DNA from: Candidatus Caccoplasma sp.
Lineage (GTDB): Bacteria; Bacteroidota; Bacteroidia; Bacteroidales; G3-4614
DNA: 64,000 nt
Direction of reading: 5' to 3'
Assembly: GCA_045587545.1 (NCBI GenBank)
Contig: JAZNCN010000028.1
Coordinates: forward strand, 143,425-207,424
Shown here: piece after piece, positions 8,922 through 20,000 of the stretch
Numbering within the stretch: position 1 is the stretch's first letter
Layout: each line of letters starts with the position of its first letter
The notes under the pieces: model-generated
Told to the model about the DNA's origin: nothing
Seen by the model: only the letters and a program-made list of their open reading frames with translations
Database searches by the model: none
Position numbers and translations under genes: made by a program

Positions 8922-9623
8922 TTATGGGCAAACGGGGCGGACAGAGTGCCCGACGCAACGGTAGCTGTAGTTCCAGTCCACACCGCTCGAATTGAAGTAC
9001 AAGTAGTAAGCGTAGCTGCTGCCACTCGCATCGAGCGAACTCGACCAGTAGGAGCCGTAACTGCCCGAACGGTTGAGATCGCTATCGTAGCGATAGCCCG
9101 CCGCAGGGAGAAATATACTGTTACCGTTCTTCTTACTTGTTACTTTATAACCGTTTACTCCATTTTGTTTGGTCCAAGTCCATGTACAGTTATTTGTATT
9201 TCTTAACTCATCTTGCTCGGCTTTTGTTGGCATACGCCAACTGCCTCCCCAATTTACATGAGCTGCATCGTCTGTGAGTTCAAGCACGGTCTTATTATCT
9301 ACTGTGCCATATTCTGAATCTATACAGTATTTGGTCATTGTATTCCATGTGCCATTACAATATTTATAGGTACTCCAATCGTAAGTTGTTTTTGGTGTGG
9401 TTTCGCCCCATGCAAAGTAATCGCCATATTCTTCGGGAGAGGTTGCGCCTACATTGCATGTTGCCCATTTTACCGATAAGCCGAGGTCTACGTACTCATG
9501 ACCATTATATGGGTCATTATCAGGGTTCAATAGCATCTCTTCTTCGTCTTCACTATAACTTGTTATTATTGGTATACTTAATAACATTGCAATTAGTACG
9601 GTTAGTAATTTTAAGTGTTTCAT
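8922..9623 (-). CDS. secreted FISUMP / DUF1566-like (C-type-lectin-fold) protein
   Basis: Signal peptide, then VKWATCNVGA...YGDYFAWGE...NWGGSWRMPTKAEQDEL...IFLPAAGYR...YWSSS...SVRPV. This is the pattern of the Fibrobacter-succinogenes-major-paralogous / DUF1566 family. Confidence 0.7.
   Translation of the reverse strand: MKHLKLLTVLIAMLLSIPIITSYSEDEEEMLLNPDNDPYNGHEYVDLGLSVKWATCNVGATSPEEYGDYFAWGETTPKTTYDWSTYKYCNGTWNTMTKYCIDSEYGTVDNKTVLELTDDAAHVNWGGSWRMPTKAEQDELRNTNNCTWTWTKQNGVNGYKVTSKKNGNSIFLPAAGYRYDSDLNRSGSYGSYWSSSLDASGSSYAYYLYFNSSGVDWNYSYRCVGHSVRPVCP
8928..9110 (-). other. GC-rich C-terminal block with no third-position A; candidate DGR variable region
   Basis: 61 consecutive codons (ctc cct gcg gcg ggc tat cgc tac gat agc ... 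cgc ccc gtt tgc), none ending in A. In the 23 codons just upstream, 8 end in A. The encoded sequence is rich in Y/S/D/N/G. Confidence 0.4.
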
Positions 9624-9852
9624 ATTTTCTATTTTGGTTTTTGGTTAATAGTTTTTTCTTTGGGTCATTTAAGTCATTAGGGTTGTTAGAGACATTAGGA
9701 ATACTAAAGACTGCGGACTGAGCATGCTCTGTTCCTACTTTAATGCAAAAATATGCTAATTTTATTTAAGATACAATAGCGGCAGCTACGGGGGGGGTAA
9801 ATTACTGATTTACGCTACTTAAGTACTCTATTTTTTTTAAAAAGCTGTTAGT

Positions 9853-9886
9853 ATTAGACTTATTAAGCCAATTGGTCTAATTAGTC
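9853..9886. repeat. ATTAG-rich module, degenerate copy A
   Basis: attagacttattaagccaattggtctaattagtc, followed by caaccaacaactaacaa (9909-9925). Confidence 0.6.
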
Positions 9887-10018
9887 GTATTGAAGAGAAA
9901 CGAAGTTGCAACCAACAACTAACAAATCTGCGAGTAAGCGAGGGCAAAATAAGTTTACTTAAACTTTGCCGAGCGTGAGCAGATTCAACGAACATATGTC
10001 CGTTAACTGACAACTAAC

Positions 10019-11191
10019 CTATTTTTTCATTAGTTTTTTTGATAGCCAACGGCGAACGGGCTCGTCGTATAATTTTAGTACGGCGTATGCCAATAGTATA
10101 CTTGAGAGTACTACTATAAGGGGTATTAACCATGTTTGTTGTAATGAGTAGTACTCTTCTTTTATTAGCCACTTATAGAATACGTACATTATGGGATAGT
10201 GTACTATATAGAGGGGATATGATATATCACCAAGGAATTTGTTTATTCTTCCTGTATAGTTATCGGTTGTGCCTCCGCATGCTCCCAACCACACTATAAA
10301 TGGGAATATGAGTGCTATACATACTACTTCGTATAGTGCGTTGATGCTTATATTTTCGGGTTTATATGCAATGAAAGGCACAGCAAATATAACAATCAGC
10401 ATTAGTGAGCATATCCAAAATGCTCCACCTATTTTGCGCGGTTTAAATGTACGTGCAAGCAACATTCCAACGGTAAATGGGAATAACATTCGCAATAGTC
10501 CGCCCCAGAAGTTTACGGTATCAATTGTCCACCCCACTCCTACACAGTTGTATTGCGATATATCAAATACATAAAACCAAGCGTGTAAAAGAGCCAACAC
10601 CACTACTAATAATGCAAGCAGTTTTGTTGATAAACGACGAATAATGAGTGCATATAGTATGTTGCCTATATATTCAAAGAACAACGACCATGATGGTCCG
10701 TTAAGGGGAAACATCTCGCCGTTTCCTCGCACTTCGTACGATGCTCCGGGTACGGCAGGTATCATAAACATTGTCAATAGCATTGCCAACATTACCCAAC
10801 TTATGGGGGTTGTTTCGCCACTCCATGTTTTAAATCCTTCAAACGCAAAAGCGATTACTCCTATTATGGCTCCCATTATAATCATTGGGTGCAAGCGTAT
10901 TAAACGGCGTTTGAAGAATGCTCCTAATGTCATCTTTTGCCAACGGTCGTCGTAAGCATAGCTTATTACAAAACCTGATAGTATAAAGAAGAAATCTACG
11001 GCTATATGCCCATGATTGAGGATACGAATTATTCCGTCGCCTGCTCCGTTTACTCCTTCGGCAAAGGCAAAGCCTTCAAATATATGATATATCAATACTA
11101 ATAAGGCTGCGACTCCGCGTAAGCCATCAAGTAGTTCGTAATGAGGTTTTGTATCGGCAAAGTTCTGTGATGCCACTAATTTTGTTTGCAT
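10019..11191 (-). CDS. acyltransferase family 3 membrane protein
   Basis: LDGLRGVAALLVLIYH motif with about 10 TM segments. Confidence 0.8.
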   Translation of the reverse strand: MQTKLVASQNFADTKPHYELLDGLRGVAALLVLIYHIFEGFAFAEGVNGAGDGIIRILNHGHIAVDFFFILSGFVISYAYDDRWQKMTLGAFFKRRLIRLHPMIIMGAIIGVIAFAFEGFKTWSGETTPISWVMLAMLLTMFMIPAVPGASYEVRGNGEMFPLNGPSWSLFFEYIGNILYALIIRRLSTKLLALLVVVLALLHAWFYVFDISQYNCVGVGWTIDTVNFWGGLLRMLFPFTVGMLLARTFKPRKIGGAFWICSLMLIVIFAVPFIAYKPENISINALYEVVCIALIFPFIVWLGACGGTTDNYTGRINKFLGDISYPLYIVHYPIMYVFYKWLIKEEYYSLQQTWLIPLIVVLSSILLAYAVLKLYDEPVRRWLSKKLMKK

Positions 11192-11261
11192 AGTTTTTTA
11201 TTAATGATTTAAACTGCAAAATTAATAGTGATATACGAGAATAAATTTGATATAGGTCAAA

Positions 11262-11825
11262 TTATTTTCTTCCGCGCAATCGGCTGAGTGTTGATAGGGT
11301 TATTCCCAAATATGAGGCTACATAAGTAAGGTTTGTGCGCTCTATTACATCGGGGAATTGTTTTATAAACGATTCGTATCGCTCTTTTGCAGGAAGAGTG
11401 AGCCTCTCTTTATGACTGCGATGCAGACGACGATATTCGTTTTGGTGTATTATTCGCGACCATATGCACAACTCCATATTGGTATTCCATAGCTGCATTA
11501 GGTCTGTAAGCAATATGCGATATGCTTCACACTCTTCAAGAGTCTCAACATACTCCTCGCTTCGCTTACCGTAATAGAGTTCGTCCATACTGAATACTAT
11601 TGAGCCTTCAAACGAGAATGATGTTGTTATCTCCTCTCCGTCAACTATCCAATATGAACGTGTCATTCCCTTCTCAATGAAGTAGGCATAGTGGGTATAT
11701 ATGCCAGCTTCTACCAATTTATGTTTTTTAGGGAAATGGCATTTTACAACTTTTGCCTCCAACTCCGATATTGTTTTGTCGGAGAGGGGGCAAAGTTTTT
11801 TTATATTTTCTATTACTTTATTCAT
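11262..11825 (-). CDS. Crp/Fnr family transcriptional regulator
   Basis: 187 aa with a cNMP-binding-like N-terminal domain and a C-terminal HTH (LTYVASYLGITLSTLSRLR). Confidence 0.75.
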   Translation of the reverse strand: MNKVIENIKKLCPLSDKTISELEAKVVKCHFPKKHKLVEAGIYTHYAYFIEKGMTRSYWIVDGEEITTSFSFEGSIVFSMDELYYGKRSEEYVETLEECEAYRILLTDLMQLWNTNMELCIWSRIIHQNEYRRLHRSHKERLTLPAKERYESFIKQFPDVIERTNLTYVASYLGITLSTLSRLRGRK

Positions 11826-11840
11826 TTATATTGATAGGGA

Positions 11841-13817
11841 TTATGCCTCCTCCTTTTTGGCACGCATACTATCCCAACCTAAATATATTATCAAGGCTAT
11901 ATATACTACCAATCCTATTATTTGCGATAGTGTATCGCCTATGGGTGATGTATATTCAAATCCGCCAAACTTCATTGCTGCACTTACCACTCCCATTAAT
12001 GCTCCACCGGCTATAAATCCTGATGCAAGTAGTGTTCCGCGCTCTTGACGTGCTTTGTTCAACTCTTTATCTTTGCTACGAGTGCTTACATACCAGCTTA
12101 TCAAACCTCCTACTACAAGTGGAGTATTTAACTCCAATGGGATAAACATTCCTAATGCGAATGCTAATGCAGGTACTTTCAAGAATGTAAGTATCAATGC
12201 TATTGCTGCTCCTATTCCGTAAAGCAACCAAGGGGCTCCTTGTCCCGACATCATTGGTTCAATAACCGCCTTCATAGCATTTGCTTGTGGTGCTACAAGA
12301 CCATCTTCCCCTGTCCAGCCGTAAGTATCGTTTAATATCATTATTACTCCTCCAACTGTTATTGCCGATACGAGTGTTCCGAGGAACTTCCAACTCTCTT
12401 GTTTGCGCGGTGTTGAACCTAACCAATATCCTATTTTAAGATCGGTTACAAAACCTCCTGCTGTTGATAGGGCTGTACATACAACTCCACCTATGATTAG
12501 GGCTGCCAACATTCCTTTTTCGCCTTCAAGACCTACAGCAACCAATATTACTGACGATATTACAAGGGTCATAAGTGTCATTCCCGATACGGGGTTTGTT
12601 CCTACAATTGCTATGGCATTTGCAGCTACTGTTGTAAATAGGAATGCTATTACAGATACCACAATAAATGCTATTACCGCCTGCATTATGTTACTGATTA
12701 TTCCGAAATAGAAGAATAGGAACATTGCCACAAGTGTTATAACTGCTGAGATTGCTATGAACTTCATAGACAAATCGCGGTCTGTTCTTTTAACGGCAAC
12801 TGCAACTTCGGTTGATTTACCCTTCAACTCACGTCCTGCCAATGTTACGGCACTCTTAATAACGCTCCACGATTTGATAATTCCTATCAATCCTGCCATT
12901 GCTATACCTCCGATACCAATGTATCGTGCATAGTTTGAGAATATCTCTTCGGGCGACATTGCTCCTATTGTTTTTACTGCCTCTGTTACTCCCGTTGAGA
13001 GCATTGTATCAGAGAATATCAATCCCATTCCGGGTATTAAGATAAACCATACAAATATTGAGCCTGCACATATTATTGTACAATATTTTAATCCTACTAT
13101 GTAACCCAATCCGAGAACTGCTGCTCCTGTATTTATTTTAAATACGGTTTTGGCTTTCTCTGCTATTACATCTCCAAATGGTAATACGCGTGTTGTCAAA
13201 ACCTCGCTCCACCAGCCAAAAGTTGATAGGATAAAGTCATATAATCCTCCTACCAATCCGGCAATGATAAGAGGCTTTGCCTGATTTCCCTTTTTCTCGC
13301 CCGAGATAAGTATCTGAGTTGTTGCTGTTGCCTCAGGGAAAGGGTATTTTCCGTGCATATCTGATACAAAATATTTACGGAAAGGTATCAAAAACAATAT
13401 TCCTAATATACCTCCTATAAGCGAACTCATAAATATTTGCATAAATGAGGCATCAAGGTTTAGCATATATAGTGCAGGTAAGGTAAATATTGCTCCTGCC
13501 ACTACGTTACCCGAACATGCTCCTATTGATTGTATTATCACATTTTCGCCTAAAGCATTGTTACGTTTTGAGGCTTTTGATAATCCTACTGCTATTATGG
13601 CAATGGGTATTGCCGCTTCAAATACCTGACCTACTTTAAGTCCAAGATATGCCGCTGCCGCTGAAAAGAGTATTGCCATCAATATACCCCACATGACTGA
13701 CCAAAGGTTTACTTCGGGATATTTTTTGTTGGGCGACATTACAGGGTTGTACTCCTCGCCCAGTTGTAGTTCTCTGAATGCATTTTCAGGAAGCGAATCT
13801 TTTAATTTTTCGTCCAT
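11841..13817 (-). CDS. OPT family oligopeptide transporter
   Basis: 658 aa, polytopic, with OPT-like sequence (YPFPEATATTQILISGEKKG, GYWLGSTPRKQ). Confidence 0.8.
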   Translation of the reverse strand: MDEKLKDSLPENAFRELQLGEEYNPVMSPNKKYPEVNLWSVMWGILMAILFSAAAAYLGLKVGQVFEAAIPIAIIAVGLSKASKRNNALGENVIIQSIGACSGNVVAGAIFTLPALYMLNLDASFMQIFMSSLIGGILGILFLIPFRKYFVSDMHGKYPFPEATATTQILISGEKKGNQAKPLIIAGLVGGLYDFILSTFGWWSEVLTTRVLPFGDVIAEKAKTVFKINTGAAVLGLGYIVGLKYCTIICAGSIFVWFILIPGMGLIFSDTMLSTGVTEAVKTIGAMSPEEIFSNYARYIGIGGIAMAGLIGIIKSWSVIKSAVTLAGRELKGKSTEVAVAVKRTDRDLSMKFIAISAVITLVAMFLFFYFGIISNIMQAVIAFIVVSVIAFLFTTVAANAIAIVGTNPVSGMTLMTLVISSVILVAVGLEGEKGMLAALIIGGVVCTALSTAGGFVTDLKIGYWLGSTPRKQESWKFLGTLVSAITVGGVIMILNDTYGWTGEDGLVAPQANAMKAVIEPMMSGQGAPWLLYGIGAAIALILTFLKVPALAFALGMFIPLELNTPLVVGGLISWYVSTRSKDKELNKARQERGTLLASGFIAGGALMGVVSAAMKFGGFEYTSPIGDTLSQIIGLVVYIALIIYLGWDSMRAKKEEA

Positions 13818-14053
13818 TTTTCTTTACCTGTTTTATATTATTGTTATTTTTTCGTTAAAACTTTCGCGAAGTTACTATAAGATAATCAATTTTCAAAAAA
13901 TTATGTTGGATTGGGAATATTTTTAAAACAATTTTTATTTATCTTTACTGCATGTTTTGTAATTTGGGTAAGTAGTTTTTGTTTTATTAAAACATTAGCA
14001 CACACAGATTATTTATTTGTAAGATTTTCAATAGTTTAAAGCAAACATAAGAT

Positions 14054-14722
14054 ATGAACTGTGATACTTTTAATTTTTTAGAGGAGTTGCGTGATAATAA
14101 TAATCGCGAATGGTTTGCTGCAAACAAAGAGAGATTTGTAAGGATTAAAACCGATTTTGAAAACGACATAAGACTCCTTCTCTCAAAAATGAGCCTTTTT
14201 GACGATGAGTTAAAAGGTTTGCAGATGGAGCGTTGTGTTTACAGGATTTATAAGGATATGAGATTTTCACAAGATAAAACTCCTTACAAAACCAATTTTG
14301 GTTCATTTATGACAAAGTTCGGCAAAAAACTTGACAGAGCCGGATATTACCTCCATATTGAACCCGGCAAATCGATGATTTGTGCAGGATTGTGGTTCCC
14401 CTCTCCTGCTCTGCTTAAAGCCGAGAGACGTGCCATCTATGATAATATTGAAGAGTTTATTGATATTATAAATGAGAAAAATTTTGTAGAGTGCTTTGGT
14501 GGGCTAAACTTTGAAAACTCTTTGAAGAAACTTCCGCTTGGTTTTGATAAGGATTTTGAATATCCCGAACTTCTTAAACTTAAAGATTTTGGGGTTGTAA
14601 AGTATCTGCCCGATAGCTTCTTTTTAGAGAAAGATTGGATTGATATTGTTTGCAAAGAGTTCAGTTACACCAAACCTCTTAACGATTTTTTTAACTTCTT
14701 AATTGACGAAAGAGATTTCTAA
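14054..14722 (+). CDS. DUF2461 (TIGR02453) family protein
   Basis: FLEELRDNNNREWFAANKERF...YRIYKDMRFSQDKTPYKT is typical of the family. Confidence 0.75.
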   Translation: MNCDTFNFLEELRDNNNREWFAANKERFVRIKTDFENDIRLLLSKMSLFDDELKGLQMERCVYRIYKDMRFSQDKTPYKTNFGSFMTKFGKKLDRAGYYLHIEPGKSMICAGLWFPSPALLKAERRAIYDNIEEFIDIINEKNFVECFGGLNFENSLKKLPLGFDKDFEYPELLKLKDFGVVKYLPDSFFLEKDWIDIVCKEFSYTKPLNDFFNFLIDERDF

Positions 14723-14765
14723 ATATTTACAGAATATATAAAACACGAATATAACACTATTATAT

Positions 14766-16670
14766 ATGGAATGCTACGAGAAATACAGGGATATGGTAAG
14801 AGCGCAGAGAGATAACTTCTTTGCTAATGCCGCTAAACGATTTTCAGAAGAGGAGATGGCCCTTATTCGTAAAGGTTTTGCCTTTGCCGAGATGGCTCAT
14901 ATTAATCAAAAGAGAAAGGCAGGAGACCCTTATATTACACACCCTTTGGCTGTTGCTTCAATTGTTTGTGACGAGTTAAAATTGGGTGTCAACCCTATTA
15001 TTGCAGCTCTTTTACACGATGTTGTTGAGGATACAAACCATACAATTGAAGAGATTAAGGCAGGGTTTGGTAGTGATATAGCATTCTTGGTTGATGTACT
15101 TACTAAAAAGAAAAGGGATAAGTATGAGACATCAAAACAGGTTGATAATTTTCAACAGATGTTGAACTCAATCCATTATGATATTCGCGCCCTATTGATT
15201 AAATTGGCTGACCGCTTGCACAATATGCGTACGCTAAAATCAATGAAGCCTGAAAAACAGATTAAGATTGCCGGCGAAACCGACTACTTTTATGCTCCGC
15301 TTGCAAACAGATTAGGCTTGTACAAAATAAAATCGGAATTGGAGAATTTGAGTTTGAGATACCGCTCGCCTCACGAGTATGAAGATATTAAAAATTTGAT
15401 TGACAGCTATGCTGAGGCTCATGCTTCTGCAGCAAGAAAATGGATTAAAGTCATTGACGATAAACTTAAAGAGAACGGTATTAGCGCTCAAATTGATTGT
15501 GATAAACGTACTGTTTACTCTATATGGAGTAAAATGCAGGCTAAAAATATATCGTTTAAAGAGGTTGAGCATATAAGGGTTGTTAATATAACTTTTGATA
15601 ATTGGGAAGAGATGGGATTGACCGAGAAACGTCTTGCTCTTAGAATATACTCTATTCTTACCGACCTTTATATTGAAAAACCCGGTAGCTTAAACAATTA
15701 TATTGATACACCTAAAGAGAACGGATACCATAGTTTACATTGTAAACTGATGGGTAATGAAGGAAGATGGATGGAGGTACATATTCAATCAACAAGCATG
15801 CGCGAACGCTCGTATTATGGTTGCCTTGTTGAACGCGAAACAGGTGTAGAGGGTTGGATTGCAAAGTTCCGTGATATACTTAAAGATATTTCGTTCCATG
15901 GTAAAGATAGCGGTTTTAGTATTGAAAGTGTTGTAAGAACCTTCTATAACGACGATATTGTTGTTTTCTCTCCTAACGGAACTCCTTTTACAATGCCTAA
16001 CGGTTCATCTGCTTTAGATTTTGCATACGAAATTCACTCAAATATTGGTGAGCATGCCCATTATGCCATTATTAACGATAAACTATCTTCAATTTATACA
16101 AAGCTACAACATGGCGATAGAGTGCGTATTGGCTCTGATACTGCTTGCCACCCGAAAGAAGATTGGTTAGACCATGTAGTAAGCTACAAAGCCATTCAAT
16201 ATATTAAACAATATTTACGAAGAGAGAAAGCAAAAGTTGGAGACAATGGAACAGAGTATATCTTATGCCCAAATTGTGAACCTCTACCAGGTGATGAGGT
16301 TATAGGATTCAGACATAATGATAATACTATTACAATTCATAAATGTAATTGTCCTACAGCCATTTCTGTTGCTGCTCAACAGGGCGATATTATTGAAAAT
16401 GTGAGCCTGCCTGCATCAAACAAAGTATATCCTGTTACAGTATTTATAAAAGCTGTTAACCGAGATGGGTTCCTTCTTGATCTGATAGTAGAAATTTCAC
16501 AAAAGAACCTATTAAGTATTGAGAGTATTAAGAGTACTACTGAAGATGAAATTATTGATTGTACAATAGTTTTTTATGTTCACTCAATTAATGAACTTAA
16601 AGATGTTGAAGAAGATATCAGAGGCATGAAAAACATTTATGAGGTAAGACATATTACTCATGCTGTTTAA
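14766..16670 (+). CDS. RelA/SpoT family (p)ppGpp synthetase/hydrolase
   Basis: HD domain (HPLAVASIV...LLHDVVEDT), RelA_SpoT region (PKENGYHSLHCKL), and a TGS-like and ACT-like C-terminus. Confidence 0.85.
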   Translation: MECYEKYRDMVRAQRDNFFANAAKRFSEEEMALIRKGFAFAEMAHINQKRKAGDPYITHPLAVASIVCDELKLGVNPIIAALLHDVVEDTNHTIEEIKAGFGSDIAFLVDVLTKKKRDKYETSKQVDNFQQMLNSIHYDIRALLIKLADRLHNMRTLKSMKPEKQIKIAGETDYFYAPLANRLGLYKIKSELENLSLRYRSPHEYEDIKNLIDSYAEAHASAARKWIKVIDDKLKENGISAQIDCDKRTVYSIWSKMQAKNISFKEVEHIRVVNITFDNWEEMGLTEKRLALRIYSILTDLYIEKPGSLNNYIDTPKENGYHSLHCKLMGNEGRWMEVHIQSTSMRERSYYGCLVERETGVEGWIAKFRDILKDISFHGKDSGFSIESVVRTFYNDDIVVFSPNGTPFTMPNGSSALDFAYEIHSNIGEHAHYAIINDKLSSIYTKLQHGDRVRIGSDTACHPKEDWLDHVVSYKAIQYIKQYLRREKAKVGDNGTEYILCPNCEPLPGDEVIGFRHNDNTITIHKCNCPTAISVAAQQGDIIENVSLPASNKVYPVTVFIKAVNRDGFLLDLIVEISQKNLLSIESIKSTTEDEIIDCTIVFYVHSINELKDVEEDIRGMKNIYEVRHITHAV

Positions 16671-17048
16671 TTGATAAATTTATTTAAAACAGTCTCATAT
16701 AAATTTCACATTTTTGCACAGTCTCTTAAGGTTTGTAAGATTTGATAAAATACAAGGCGTTGAGATTTAGGGCGAAAGGAGTGTACACAGGTACATGACT
16801 GAGCCCTAATATTGAAAACAACACCGTAGTTTGTCAATTATGACACATCTCCTTATATTTTGATATAAATTTTATACGCCTAATATTCAGCACTTTACCC
16901 CCGCATCAAAAAAAAAAGAACTTTTTTTTTGAAAAAATATAAGAAATTTTTACTTTCTTCGTAAAATAAAGAGTAATGATATTGAAATAATGATACTCTA
17001 AATCTTTATATATATCCGAGTTTTTAAGGGTTGACTAACTAAATTAAT

Positions 17049-20000
17049 ATGAAAGAAAGAAGTTTTATTGTTCTGATAATGGCAACTATTGTGTTATTAT
17101 CAAATGAGATGTTTGCAGCATCGGCTCCGACTCCTTTATATCCGTTGCCAAATGCCAGACAAATGTATTATCTTCATAACCCTCATGCCGCATTCATTCA
17201 CTATGGTATGAATACATATACAAACAAGGAATGGGGTACTGGTTATGAGAGTTGTTCTACATTCAATCCTCCCAAAGAGGTTAATACCGACCAATGGGCA
17301 AGAGTTTTAAAGGAGTGCGGATTTGACCGTATTGTACTTACTGGAAAACATCATGATGGTTTCTGCTTGTGGCCATCGAAAGCAAATACGGTAAATCCTC
17401 ATACAATTGCTCAATCGCCCTATAAGAATGGACAAGGAGACTTGTATGAGCAACTTTCAGAGTCGTGTACAAAATACGAAATTGATATGGGTGTTTATCT
17501 TTCGCCTTGGGATGCTTACGAAGAGAATGTAGGAGGTAACTACACATCTTCAAAGTATAACGATTTTTATGTTACACAACTTAACGAGGTTTTGGGTTCT
17601 TATGGACGCTATAACGAAGAGTTAGGACGCCGAGAGTTGGTAGAGATTTGGCTGGATGGAGCAACTGGTTCAAATAACCCTCCCGTCTATGATTTTAATC
17701 GTTTTGTTGACGTTATGAGACAACACCAACCTACTGCATATATTTGGATTGATGCGTTACGAGCATTCCAAACTTGTGTATCGGGCGACACTTGTAAAGT
17801 TGATGGTGCTTGGGCAATGAACGAGGCAGGACAAGCTCCTGACCCATGCTGGAATAAAATGGATACAAACGGATCAAACACAGATGCGTGTAAAAATAAA
17901 CCAAACGGAGAATATTTCTTCCTTCTTGAGGCTGATGTATCTATCCGTAACGGTTGGTTCTATGGCGACGGTGGAGGTCTTAAATCGGCTGTTGACCTAT
18001 TCAAAGAGCGTTATATGAAATCTATTGGTAGAGGTATTCCTCTAATTCTTAACGTTCCACCAGACCAAACAGGAGAATTTACAGATGAGTACATTGCTGT
18101 ACTTCAAAAATATAAAGAGTATCTCGATACTACATTCGGAACAAACCTTGTTCCTCCTTCAGCAAATGCTTCAGCAACAGAAGTTCGCGGAAACGATGCT
18201 ACTTTTGGTGCAGACAAAGTAATGGACAACAATTACGACACATATTGGACTATGAATGATGGTTCAACAACAGGAAGCGTTATTTTGGATTTTGGTGCTG
18301 ATGTTCGTTTTGATATTGTTCAATTCCAAGAATATATTCCGTTGGGACAACGTGTTAGCGGATGGAAAGTTGATGTTAAAGTTAATGGTAATTGGCAAGA
18401 GTTTGCTACTGGTTCTACTATTGGTTATAAACGTATTGTTCAAGCAAAAGAGGTTCAAGCTTCTGCAGTAAGGTTAACTATCACAGGTTCGCTTGCCGTA
18501 CCACTTATTAACTCTTTATCTGTTTTCCGTGCTCACGAGGACCTAATTGAATCTGACCTTCCTCCCGTTGCTGGTGTTGACGGACAATTTGTTATGGACA
18601 AAGAGTACATTACCGCAAAAGAGACTGACGGAACTGTAAGCGTAAAAGTTAAACTTGAAGATCGTAGCGAGAAAGAGGTATCGGTTTATGTTGCAACTGT
18701 TCCTGGAACAGGTGTACAAGGTAAAGTTTATCAAGACAAAACTGCAACTCTCACCTTCCCTGCTGGTGTTAACGAGCAAGAGTTTATCGTAAATCTTATA
18801 AACAACCAAAACAATGAGGGTGGTAAAGATTTCTATATTCAAATATCTAATCCACTTGGTGGTGATGTTACAATCGGCGAGCCTTCAAGTATTAGAGTTT
18901 GGGTTGAAGATGATGAGAATCCTATGCCAGAACGAACTGTAACTATATCAAGCGAAGATAATAGTAAAGGAAGTGTTAAGATACTTGTTCCCGAGACAAC
19001 CGAAACAAGTATTACCTCAAGTTTTCCTGTAATGATAGAGGCGACTCCTGCAAGCGGATATAAGTTTGTTCAATGGGAAAACGCATTAACCAATACTGTT
19101 GTTTCTACAGAAAAATGTTTTACATACGAAAGTAGTAGCACTATAAATTTAATCGCTCGTTTTGATGAAGCATATATTGTAATGACTCATACATATACTA
19201 ATAATACAGGTCAACAAAACAGGTATTTGAGCAAAGTTACCACAACAGGTACAAATACTCCTACTGTTTTTAGTACCTCTTCAACAAACGATCTTCCTTA
19301 TACTGCATTTCCAAGTGGAAGCATAGGTCAATATATTGAATCAGGTGCTTGTATTGATAAAAGAGATAATCCTATCAAAGTTGATTATGGAACAACATCT
19401 TTTAATATCACATTTTATGGATATACATCTTCAATTAATGGAAATGCCACTGAACTAAATTGGACTCAACAAGCTGTTTTCATTGATTGGGGGAAAGACG
19501 GTAGTTTTAACGAATCTGGGGATATATATTCAAAAAGTAGCGATGATATAGGAAACAGCAGTTCGGTTTGTTCTCAATTCATTTCATCAAGCGGTTATAC
19601 AAGAACAATTACTATTCCTGCAAATCAACCTGCTGGTAAATATAGAATGAGAGTTGTTTACCATGAACCAGAATCAAACAGCGATCAATGGCAAAATAGT
19701 ATTATGACAACATCTGGCGAAGGTAAAATTAGAAATGGTGTTTCATATGATTTTGAGATAGAAATTGTTAGTTCCACAGTTCCTTCAAGAACCATTACTG
19801 TATCAGCTAATCCTTCAGAGGGAGGTACTGTGTCAGGTGGAGGAACAGGCGAAGAGGCTATTGCTATTAGGGCTGTTGCCAATGAGGGTTACCAATTCCT
19901 TAACTGGACAGTAAACGGAAATATTGTTTCTTACAATGCTAACTACTCAGATTTTTCAGAGGGAAATAAAGAGTATGTCGCAAATTTTAGATTAATACCA

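Noticed and set aside
8910-9206. 98-aa plus-strand ORF (MRLNLWANGADRV...)
   Set aside because: It is antisense to the well-supported FISUMP-like gene. It stays open only because the GC-rich block is poor in stop-complement codons. It has a TTG start and no recognisable protein features.
16906-16932. tc-A10-gaac-T9-ga palindrome upstream of the first fucosidase gene as a phase-variation tract
   Set aside because: It lies 117 nt or more upstream of the start with no obvious promoter elements spaced across it. An A/T hairpin after the RelA/SpoT gene is more simply a weak terminator or an AT-rich spacer.
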